A DNA stretch of 64,000 nucleotides from Ascidiella aspersa (Eukaryota): the NCBI GenBank assembly GCA_963924565.1, contig OZ004612.1, positions 29,078,001 through 29,142,000 on the forward strand. The letters run 5' to 3'. The notes under the pieces are model-generated. The model worked only from the letters and a program-made list of their open reading frames with translations. It had not been told where the DNA came from and did no database searches. Shown piece by piece: positions 1 to 10,889 of the stretch. Position 1 is the stretch's first letter; each line of letters begins with the position of its first letter. A program made the translations under genes and the position numbers.

Positions 1-120
1 ATGGGTTGTAGCTCCCACCGAAAAGTAACACAATACCAGGATTAATTACACAAACAAGACATGGATTAATAGTTTGCGGTAAAACAACCCTGCCCTTTAT
101 TTTTCGAGTCTACATCGTAC

Positions 121-3100
121 CTGTTGTACAAATCCAAGTGAGTCAAGTGGTCGTTTTCCGTTGGAGCTTCCCAATTGTTGTCTGTTGTATTTGAAAACGA
201 ATATTTATAAACTTGGTTGTTGGTTTTTAGTCGATAAATCCAAACTCGTTGAATATCTAAAGTTGTAAACATTGGTTGTTAGCCGGTGGGTAAACCCTCC
301 AAAAAGGTAACAATATCGGAGTTGATATCTGTTAACGCTAAATGGCATATACATGGGTGTCTAAAGTTTTATAATTTTTGAGTTTTAATTAACCGGAAAT
401 ACTAGGCCAGGGGTGTCCAACAAGCGGCACGCACAAATGTGGCACGCGACCTAATAAAAAATGGCACGCAAGCCCTCCCCAAAGATACTAAAATTGTTAT
501 TTAGCCAATTGTCAGAAAATACTAAGTTTGTTATACAGCCAATTTGTTTGTTCACAATATACCATTGTTTGACAATCGCGTCAATCACGACAACCAACAA
601 TTACTTTTGATATAGTAACATTATACTGTTTGGAGGCTAGCATTCACATATTTATATAGCTTGGTGTGAAGAAACAAAAGTCAGCTCATCGAGAGACACT
701 TTGATGTAGTGATGCGCATTTCTACTAGACAGTTTTTTTTTTCAAGTTTAAATAAACGTTCTTATTTTTGGTAAAATAAGCGCTTTTATGATTAAAAAGA
801 ATTGGTTCGGTTACGAAACTTTGGCACGGGAAGAAGTTGTAAGATAAAAATTGGCACGCCGGCATGTTTGAGTTGGACACCCCTGTACTAGGCCATTGTA
901 GTGCTGTTCATTTATTAATTGTCAGGGTTGTAAATATACAAGTGTTGTTTAAAAGGGAGAAGTATAGATCTATTAGTTTCATCTTCAGCGGAACGACATT
1001 AAAACGAAAATACCTTCAGTATATTGTTCGGAAAGTATTGGATAGACTTCTTTGTTTAGCGAAGTTTCGTTGAACGACGCAAGGGCGCCACCCAGTGACG
1101 AACAGTTGCTACTTGATTCTGTTGGGTCAGCAATTTCGTCAGACAATGATAACACTGAGTCACCCTGGCTTGTAAGGGTTGGACTACAATCTAGAAAAGT
1201 CGAAGATTAACGACTAGAGATCATTATTTTTGCGTAAGCGTTTCACATTTATATTATTGGTTTCTCGAATGTTTTCAAACCCTTCGCTTTAGCGCCTAAA
1301 GTAAGAAAGACAAACATTATAGCAAAGAAACAAACTCGTTTGTGCTTTACGTTTAATGAAAGACACACACACACATGTGTTTAATAACAACTGTGATCTA
1401 GCCAATGTGAAGCTGCTTGTACTAACAGAATGTGCATGTATTGGCGCATGGTTGTTTCTCGACTCGCTCCTCTCTGAGCCTGCATATCTCAGTTGGTAGA
1501 GCGACGGTCCCGTTATGGCCGGAGGTCGTGAGTTCGAACCTCACTGCATGCTAGTTGTTTTTCTGGCCTGCTCTGCTTGCATCATAGATCGACAGATTCG
1601 GCGAGTCTGCGATGGCTTTTCGGTGTACTATTGATACGGAAGCCGTAATCGTTGGTCATAAAGCAACTTTACGTTTACTTTGAAAGCGCATCAAATCGGA
1701 GTGGGACAGTCGGTTAATTTAACTTCGGTCGGACTTTTGACTTGCATAAGGACCACGTAAAACTACTAGAGTCCCGAGTCCGACGTGTGCATGCGCAGTA
1801 CAAATTTACAAGGTCACAACTTGTAAATTATAAAGGTGGAATAGAATATGTGGTTGAATATTTTTAACCACGTATTGTTAATGGATGAATTATACGCCCT
1901 TATAAGTGGGTGGCTTAATATCCACCCTATTTTAGTTACATAAATGGGTGAAATACAGGTTGTAGAGTCTGGGCCGGACTCATGACTTGATGAAATCGCA
2001 CATTTAGCTGGAGTGAGTCAGACTCGGGTTCAGGCTTCATTAATTTGTCCGGAGTCGGATTTTTTTAACCAACTCCGCAAACCTACGGACTTAACTTTCT
2101 TTGGACGAAGTCGTATATTATGTTGTTTTAAACCGACTTCATATTTCTTACCTGGCTGTACATTAAGGTTTGGTGCAATACATGTTCCAGCAACTGATCT
2201 TGTTAGAGTTGTTCCTTCACAGTTTGACGCACAAATCTACGTTAGCGATAAAATTTCGGTCGATATCGTTTTTTTAGCAATTTATAAAAGCTATATAAAC
2301 TCAACTAACAGCTGTTTAATAGTTGTTCTGTCTCAAACCAAATTTAAATACAAAAAACATTTTTTGACCAGAAATGCGCAAATTTCTATTTTTACTTTTT
2401 AAGAAACGTATTTTGCGATGTAGATTCTTGGCAAAGTCTTAGATTTCCTAATATTGTGGCTTTAAATAAACTCTATATACAAGTCATTAACCAGTATATG
2501 TTGTCGATCGTACTTCTCGTAGATCGTACTTCTCTTGTAGGTATACATATTATAACTATAAACATGATTAACGCCAGTGTTTACATATTTTTTTACACAC
2601 TTTTTAGATATTCTAATTCACATACGGTAAAACTTAGCTTTCCACTCCCAGTATAGTCGCTTAATTGTATTGGTATCATACAAATGTCCTGACTGCAATA
2701 TTCTCCATCGCTGGTGTGAGTAAAATTGTCCAGTCTCCCAGTGTCATTATGCACACTTATCTAAAAAAAAACAGAAAGCGCTTTATATATTGGTAATGCT
2801 TAGCCGGAAAGTATGTCCTTTCTGCAAATAATCTGTGTTTATATTATAGTATATAGGTTTTATAATTTAAGTTTTACTTGTTTAGCTGCGCAAACTTTTT
2901 TCGGCGATAATTAATTAAGGTAATGCCATGACGTTAAACAATAGACTAATATCGCTCTGGCAAAACTATAAAGTTAAAAAGCTAATTTTTCAAACCATGT
3001 TTAAACTTTATTCACCTAAATAGAAAGGATCTTTTATAAATAGAACTATTTATTTTGCCATTATTTCCTATTGGTGACAAAATAATATTGTAACCGCGTT

Positions 3101-6100
3101 AAAATGGAGTTAATATTTACAATTTCATTTTGGGTTTAGGTTTTGGAAATGAATTGTAAATTTATTATTTAACAAATCTCTGACAGTTTAGTTTTATAAA
3201 AATACACAAAATAAACCTTACGTCTAGGTCAAATTCTCCCATGGGTAGAGGATTGGCGGCTGTAACATTGCATTGACCACTTGATTTGATGACGTGTGCG
3301 TTGATGACGTCATTAGGTTGTCCCGGTGCGATCACGATTTTCTTATAGTACGTTATTTCTGGCAGATCCGTGCATCCGATATCCGCCCGTACCTGAAATA
3401 ACACAGGCTTAGTTAGAGCTGGTCGGGAACAACCATAGCACCATTGCTTGCTGCATCGTGTTTGTAAAGCTAGCCTGTAGTGAGTTTCGAACTCAAGACC
3501 TAGGCCATACCGGGACCATCGCTTTACAGCCTGAGCTACGCAAGCTCAGTGAAATCATGGTTGTGTAAAGATAAAATACTTACAGAAACCTCGTATTCTC
3601 CCAACCGTGTCAGGTCATGCACTGATATATAATCTCCGTTGATAACTTTGAATGTTTCAGTGTGGCTTGCATTTCGTAGTTCTATGACAACCTAAGAAGT
3701 ATATGACTGTAAATTTGGTGAATCAAATACCAAATGTATGCGTTAAAACATGTTTTTACCGTGAGATTCCGTGCGTAATAAGCTGTTAATCTCAGCAGAT
3801 TCCAACTGACAACAAGTGTGGTGGAGTTGCATTCGTTTGAGGTTTCAAAGTTGGCTGAAAGAATCAGTGATTGTATTCAGTTAAATGTAATTCGTTTATG
3901 TAAACTGCAGTTATTAGTGTTTAATAGAATGTGTTAGACTTGATACTTTGGCATTTACTCGCGCTTGTGCCTGTACTTTGTGTATTTTACTTGCTTTTAT
4001 TTCTAGTTTGAACTGATAAAGCACGGTTGTGTAAAAGTTGTACTTACACGCACAATTGATTTTAATAGCCATACAGAAGTATATAGCATTTTGAACATAT
4101 TAAAGCCTATACAGAAGTATGTAACATTTTTAAAGTACCAAATGATTTCCAGACTTAGTATTTATTACTAACCGTCAATCTGACACGAGTAGAAGGCCTG
4201 GCTTTGGTTACAATTCTTATTCAGTTCTTTTTCTTCGTAAATGTCCCAGACCTTTTGCTGGCAGACGGTGTAATTCACGTCTGTAAACTCTGTAGCGATT
4301 TCACCATCGCTCCATTTCCATTGGGTTGTATTGACGTCAAATCGAGCCCCGATAAAAACCTCGCTCACTAAACAAACGTTGTTTGGATATATTTTAAAAT
4401 AACAATAGAAAATTTACACCAACGGTAGATTTTAAACAGTTGTTTTTTATTTCTAATATCTACATCGCAACCTATTTTTTTTTTGAAGCAAAGTTCTACG
4501 ATTTAACATAAAAATAAAGACAAATGTTACAAGTTTGAATAAATTAGGTTCTATATATGTTACTGCTGAAAGATTCTGATTGGAACTTAACGGTTATATT
4601 GTCGGTCAAATGTACATCATTCGCAGTTAGAAAGGAAGCTTGGCGGTAAATTCTGTTATAATAGTATCTACAAATACTGGATAAATTGAGGATTTTATTA
4701 AAATCGCATGTTAGACCTTTCTGACTGCCACTAGGTATTTATAACATATACCATATCTAAAATTAAACCGTAAACACTTCGATATTTAAAGAATCTTTCA
4801 CATAGTAAAAATATTATAGAAATATTCATGCATCAAATCACAAATATTAAACCAAAATTGTTCATTTTATATAGGGAAATAAATATTTTGTCCATCTTAG
4901 AAAATAATGTCACTTACACCTAATTTTTATTAAGGAAACCCATAAACACTTAATCTACAAACATTAGCTAGATACTAACCTGGTGCGTAAAAGTCTCCCC
5001 TGAAATTTGTTGAAGTTCTGTATGTTTCATTGACGTCAGTTAACCTGTCGGAGTATCCAGGCCCGCCAAAAGTCAATATTTGTTTAAATCCTCTCGTCTC
5101 GTAAGCAGTTGCATACAAAGTAAAGGTGTTATTCCAACCTATACGATAAACCATACACGTTAAAGTTATGGCATTGCTAACTGTTGCACAATCATTACAT
5201 GTTTCGTCGAAATGGCATTATAAGTTCTGATAATTACTAGACGTGAATTTTTGAAAACTATATTTGCTGCTATAAAGTCTTTTTCGAATAACTCTTTTGA
5301 GTATGCTAATGTAAAACCTTCACAATTCTACCTACTTCTGCATGTGCTTGTGTGTACTACAACCTACAGTCATTATGTCACTCTTAAGACTTTTAAATAT
5401 TAAACAACTTGACCGCCTTGTTCAATTGTAAATATTTTGCATAGTGAACAAAGTGTATGACAAATCAAAACCTTTCCCCAATAAATTATGTAAGTGGATA
5501 GTTAAACCTAATTTATTTCCACGACAAAGTATTTGTTTTTCGTCCAAATGATATTATTGTATCCAGGTAATGAGTAGAGTATTATCCAAAATAACTTATT
5601 AGACATTAAAGCATAACTGACATCATGAATTTTAGCAACAGAAAACAATTTTATTTCATATCTTATTTTTTTTTTGTTTTATATCTTCAATTTTATTCAT
5701 ATCGCGTTATAAATTTGTGTTGAATAAGTGTGTCGAATAATGGTTATATACTGCAGTGCTCTTCAACCGGTGTGCTCGGTGTACCATAGGTTGCACCAAA
5801 ATATGCATGGGGTGCACCAGTACGGAAAGGTATCCAGGGATGTATCACAAACTTTTAATGACCATTTATAATTAAAAAAAAACCGTCATTAAATAGTCGT
5901 TTTGCTATTTTCCCAAGTTTGTTTGAATGCTCTTTGATGTAGTACTCGCCAGCAGCCTGTAGCCATAATCGAACTCTCACCGACAGTGTGTAAAACTTCG
6001 GCAGCTCCGCTCGGTTTAATTGACATAATGATATTGATATGCATAATGATTTTTTAGATCGCTTTTTACCTCAGTTTACCTTTTAAGTAAACACGGTGCA

Positions 6101-9026
6101 TGGGTTCGTCACAACAACTTTAAGGGTTCACCAAACTGAAAAAGGTTGAAGAGAACTGGTATACTGCATATACTTTACCAGGAGAACAACTGCCCGCGTA
6201 TGTTGTTGGGATCAACATTCATTTGTGTTGAAAAGCTAAGTGTCCAATAGTTATGTACTGTATACTTTACCAGGAGAACATGTGCCCCCGCCCAATTCCA
6301 AACTCCACTTTTCTGACGGACTGACGACAGCTTTGCAAAATATAAGGGCAGTTGAATCAACTATCGACGTGGAACTAAAAATATTATGAATTAGTGAACA
6401 AAACATATTTTAAAGTTGACATAGACAACATAACCCAATATATATATTAGGGTTGTTCAAAAAAACACTTTTTTGTCAAACATCAGTGATGACCCCCTGG
6501 AATTGTTAGGTTGCGTCTAAAAACCCCACAACTATGCACTTTTGGTTCAGTATTAACCGTGCTACATCAAGTTAAAAATTTAGATTTAGGCTAAAATTTT
6601 GAAAAAAATAATTTATCCTCCCCCAGAAAATTTTTAATTTTTTTTTTTTTTTAATTTATCCTCCCCCAGAAAATTTTGAAAAAAATATTTTATCCTCCCC
6701 CAGAAAAATTTTTTTTCAAATTTATCCGCATTGCTTTGCAATTGAATAGCTATAAATAAATCTGTTTTACAGTTTAAAAGTGAGTACTGAGTAGTCATTG
6801 TATAAATGTTTCACTTAAAATGTGACACAAAAGTGTTTTTTTGAACAACCCTAATATATATATATTAAACAAGTGAACAAACCAATGACAAATTAAAACA
6901 CCTATCGAGTAATAGTAAGTTGAAATGCATCTACCTATTCGGCAATTTTCCTGCAAATAAATGATCTGTAATAGACATTAAACACTCAAGCTGTTTTGTT
7001 TTTTAACATTCTAGCCAGATTTAATTGCGTAATTTACTTCGTAATCATACTGTAAGGTATTTTGAGTCTAGGCCTGAGATTTGTTTTTTTCAAAATTCAA
7101 AGCAACAAGTCCGATTTTCTATGGTTTATTTTTAAGGACGCCCTGTTATGACGTAATTCGTGACGTCATGTCTGAAAAGTGTTATGCCTAAAAAAAAAAA
7201 AAAAAACGTCGTTTCGGTAAAAATGTGTCCTTCTTTCACCCCTGATTTTTATCCCTACTGGTATTTTTTTGATAACTAATTTTTCTCTCGTTTTCCGAAT
7301 TGCTGCAAATTTTCAACCATTCTACGGAAAGGTAGGTTTAATAACTGCTCCACAAATCTACTTACGAGTTGTAAACGTTGAGGTACCACATTTGATCGAG
7401 ATGCTCGGGACTGGTCCAATGTAAAGGTTCAACGTTTGGCGTCAGCGAATACTTGTACAGATCCGATGGGTTGCCATCCAACTCTGGGTGCCTTGAATCG
7501 TAGAAGATCCAAAGACGCTGTGTGTCTTTCACTGCCAGTAAAAGTAAATCTAAATTGTGCTGTCCGCAATGAAGTGAATGTATGTGGTGTTCAAGTCGTT
7601 TTAGGGTTTATTTGTAGAAAATGCAGTAACCACATTCCTAACATCAGTAATTTTGCCTTTAGTTATCCCATGAGCTATCTACCTTCGTCCCTCATTAAAC
7701 AAAAGATGTTGCCGCGTTGTAACGTATTTAGCTTGCATTAAATGCTATTCCACCTGTAGTTTATCCGCTTTTGTTGCTTTTCATTGACCAAACGGAATAA
7801 CTAGTATTCAAGTGAAAAGTTAAGGTTATGTAATGAGGCATAAACGTGGGATGTACTACATCAAAAGCGATTGCAGACTCACCGAATCTGCCGATCAATG
7901 ATGCAAGCAAGGCGGACTAAACAACTAGCATGTAGTGAGGTTCGAACTCACGAGCTCCGGTCATGCTAGGACTTCTGAGCTACGCAGGTTCAGAGAGGAG
8001 CGAGTCGAGAAACAACCAAGACGCCATTGTTCTTGCTGTTTTATTGTTGTTGTTGCTTGCGTTGTGTACTAATGGTTATTTTCGTGATGAAAAGTTAATA
8101 TTCGGTGAATGTTACAACAATGGTTATTTCCTTTTACCTTACCAATTTACTATATTTCCGTTGTGTAATAAAGATTAGAGGTAAAATTCAATTGTTAATA
8201 GATGATGCGTGTGTATATAGTCTTTATTTTTACCTGCTGTGTATTTTAAAGCTGCTGCATCAGCCACTGTTTGGCTTGCTTGAGTTTCTCTGGTGATGGC
8301 CAAGCTTCCTCCTTGCTGTTTACAGCTTTCCTGTGCTTTATCGGCTACGCTGAGGTAATCCGACAACGTGAACACACTCTGGCCCACCAGAGATAAAGCA
8401 GGTACGCAATCTGTATGAAATATTATAAAAAAAATTAACAGCTGGTAGTTGGATTGGGATAATACTTTAAATAGCGTGTGCCGGTTGGTTTTATATATAT
8501 TTTCGCAAATGATAAGAAAAAAACAATAAGGGACTTAACTTTACAGGAAGTTTTTAAGTAAAAAAATGCGTTATGCATTTGTGAACAATGTAATTATTAT
8601 TTTGTCTAACATGAATTTTTCAGCTCTTTTAAAATCTCTTTTTTTATTATTCGTATAGACACGACATAAATGTGAAAGCCACGTGCAATTTATAAAAAAA
8701 TAAAAGTTTAATACAGCAAGTATAGATACGTTCATTCGCTTATATGGATATTTGAAAATTAAGAGGCTATATCGTCTACAGATTAAATTGTTGAACTAAC
8801 AGCAGATTTTTTTGAGCAATTTAATTATAGCAGAACGGCGCCTCAAAGGTTAAACAAATGTATTTGACACACAATCACTATATTACAACTTATATTAAAT
8901 TGGTCTTAACTAAGGTTAAACATGTAAGCATTTATTGCCAGAATACAAATATTATCACTAACCTGATGAATAAACGGGCTTCCAAAAAACAAAAATCAAC
9001 ACAAAGCAAGCAATATAAGTTTGCAT
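121..9026 (-). CDS. Receptor 3 (partial, continues beyond window start): signal peptide + split CTLD with ABC insert + 2 FN3-like domains + start of a second supermodule
   Basis: Phase-consistent GT-AG exons: 8963-9026 (MQTYIACFVLIFVFWKPVYSS, signal peptide), 8234-8410 (CTLD N-half, AQESCKQQGGSLAITRE), 7366-7531 (A), 6271-6374 (B), 4980-5138 (C), 4173-4367 (CTLD C-half, VFIGARF..WKWSDG..CQQKVW..C..FYSC), 3760-3854, 3584-3691, 3222-3392, 2626-2760, 2152-2236 (FN3-like pair), 1014-1190 (second CTLD N-half), 121-256 (second A exon). Exon phases match and sizes closely match receptor 2. Confidence 0.85.
408..885. mobile_element. Non-autonomous hAT element (MITE)
   Basis: 14-bp TIR caggggtgtccaac / gttggacacccctg; perfect 8-bp TSD tactaggc (400-407, 886-893); subterminal tggcacgc repeats. 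Confidence 0.9.
1376..1670 (+). mobile_element. tRNA-containing interspersed repeat (tRNA-like core 1478-1551 with conserved flanks)
   Basis: A-box-like ctcagttggtagagc and B-box gttcgaacc; 5' leader ggttgtttctcgact and 3' body (gcatcatagatcgacagattc...aagccgtaatcgttggtca) shared with other copies. Confidence 0.8.
3425..3550 (-). mobile_element. tRNA-like repeat copy
   Basis: ttcgaactcaagacc...gagctacgcaagctcag, preceded by a leader remnant aacaaccatagcacc. Confidence 0.7.
5754..6158. mobile_element. Non-autonomous hAT element (MITE)
   Basis: TIR cagtgctcttcaacc / ggttgaagagaactg; 8-bp TSD atatactg / gtatactg (7/8). Confidence 0.8.
6447..6854. mobile_element. TIR-bounded MITE inserted in (TA)n, with internal tandem repeat
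   Basis: TIR ttagggttgttcaaaaaaacactttt / aaaagtgtttttttgaacaaccctaa flanked by tatata on both sides; three internal copies of tttatcctcccccagaaa (~6612-6706). Confidence 0.85.
7866..8020 (-). mobile_element. tRNA-like repeat copy (internally deleted)
   Basis: gcagactcaccgaatctgccgatcaatgatgcaagc body, ggttcgaactcacga, and leader gagtcgagaaacaacca. Confidence 0.7.
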
Positions 9027-10117
9027 ATTGTCATCTAACCTTTACAATATTGGCAATCAATTAAAAATACAAAATATGTATTATTCTATCTTTAGTAATG
9101 TGTTTACCCATATAGCCTTATTTAAGCTAAACACTTATCACATTACATGGCTAAACAGCTAAAAATCACCCATATCTTTTCTAATTTAGTGGATCTTAAA
9201 CTGTTTTACCTGGCGTACATATCAGTTAAATAATTGGAAAGATATCAAAACGAAAGCTTAACTTCCCCATGGACCGCCAGGGATCTTGGTTTGAGACTGA
9301 CTGATTTATTTAACAAAACACCGGTGCATTGGATGTATTCCATCCAACTAATAGTTGTTTTTTGCCTGCTATCAGTACTTTATCCTGTCAAGTGAGTTAC
9401 CTAACGGCACGCCCAGAAATTCCAAAGCGTAGGACTAATTAACTGGGAAAGTGCGCAAACAACAGACGCAATAAACCTGTCGTGTTGGCAAATAATGCTT
9501 TCAACGCCCAGACGTCATGTATTTGTATCGAGATTATGTATTTTCCGGTACATGTCGTGTCCCTTTAGGCGTATAGTCAGTTCACGAATAGTCTAAAAAC
9601 GTTGTTTCCGATTATTTTCGATATAGGGCAGGTTGGAGTTTGCAACTTAAGTTGGGTCGGATTCGTTTAGTTCAGCAAACAATCAAAGTTTACCCACTCT
9701 TGAATGTCTTTATTTTATTCGGAGAGCCTTGGTTCTAGACGCCTAATCTATCTCATTCCAAGCCTGTTTTCTATGCGGAATTAACGACTGCAGTCTACTT
9801 TCGTCTAAATGTTTTTTTATAGATCTTGAAACACTAGTATTCTGTCGTATCACAAAGGACTATTATTCTTTATTAATTTACTGATTTATTAACACAAGAA
9901 AGAAAACGTGAAAGAATGAATAATATAACAGCTCCACATTTTCTATTGGATGTTGGGGTAGGGCACTATAGTGGATTTACCAATACCAGTTAAATTAGTA
10001 TAAAATATTACGTGGAATTCGTACGGGCCTGGAAGAATATACCGTGTGCTTATGGCAAAGCTGTTACCGACGTTAGTCGGCCTAAACAAGATTATCGTAC
10101 AAGCAAGAGTAGAAATA

Positions 10118-10380
10118 GTCTGCTGTAAGATTCGAACTCACGACCTCCGGCCAAACCTGGACAGTCGCTCTACCAACTGAACTACACAGACAAGAGAAAA
10201 TCGACAAACAACCATAACATCGTTGCCTACTGCATCCTGTTTATAAAACTAGGCTGCGGTGAGGTTCGAACTCACGACCTGCGGTCATACCGGGACCGTA
10301 GCCTTATCAACTGAGCTACACAAGCTCAGGGGGGAGCAAGTCGAGAAAGCACCAGTTGCCTGGTGCATCCTGTTTTATGT
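10118..10380 (-). mobile_element. Two tandem copies of the tRNA-like repeat
   Basis: Reverse-complement matches (ggttcgaactcacgacc...tcaactgagctacac) at ~10120-10190 and ~10250-10330, each with the leader sequence. Confidence 0.75.
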
Positions 10381-10889
10381 ACAACTTCATGTTAGAGTAC
10401 CAACAGTTCGGATCCAGCAAATGAGTCATGCTATCCACATTGGTATATACTGTGATCAGCACTGCTGGGGTAGTACTAAGCCACAATTACCCCACACTTC
10501 AAAAGAAGTTACATTGTACAGGCAATAATGAATAAAACACTTGAAATCAACACTTGTTGATTGCTAAATTATCCAAAAAAAGGAAATTAAAAAATAATAA
10601 TAAAAAAAATAATAAAAGTTTTTTGCACAACTAAAACACTTAATTATTCAATAAAATAAAAAAACAACACAAAAATCCTAACAAAATGAAAGGCTAGCAT
10701 AAATTAAAAATCTCTTCTATAAATACAATGTAACAATTTGAAAAGGTGTTTTAATAGTTAGTTCCTTTTAATATGTTTACACACCCTGCGTCAGATATAC
10801 CAAAAGTTAAAATGTCGCCTAATCTATTTAAATTTGTATTCGATTTTACTATTTCTTGTTTTATATTTCCACGGTTAGTGCTTTTTGTA

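Noticed and set aside
2013-2402. Plus-strand ORFs (also 22738-23070, 36830-37117, 61382-61714 and others)
   Set aside because: Antisense shadows of minus-strand exons or repeat/AT-rich sequence with no recognisable motifs.
9210-9270. First coding exon of receptor 3 (ATG at 9270, donor at 9210)
   Set aside because: In-frame TAA before the donor; the signal-peptide exon is 8963-9026. This may be a 5' UTR exon.
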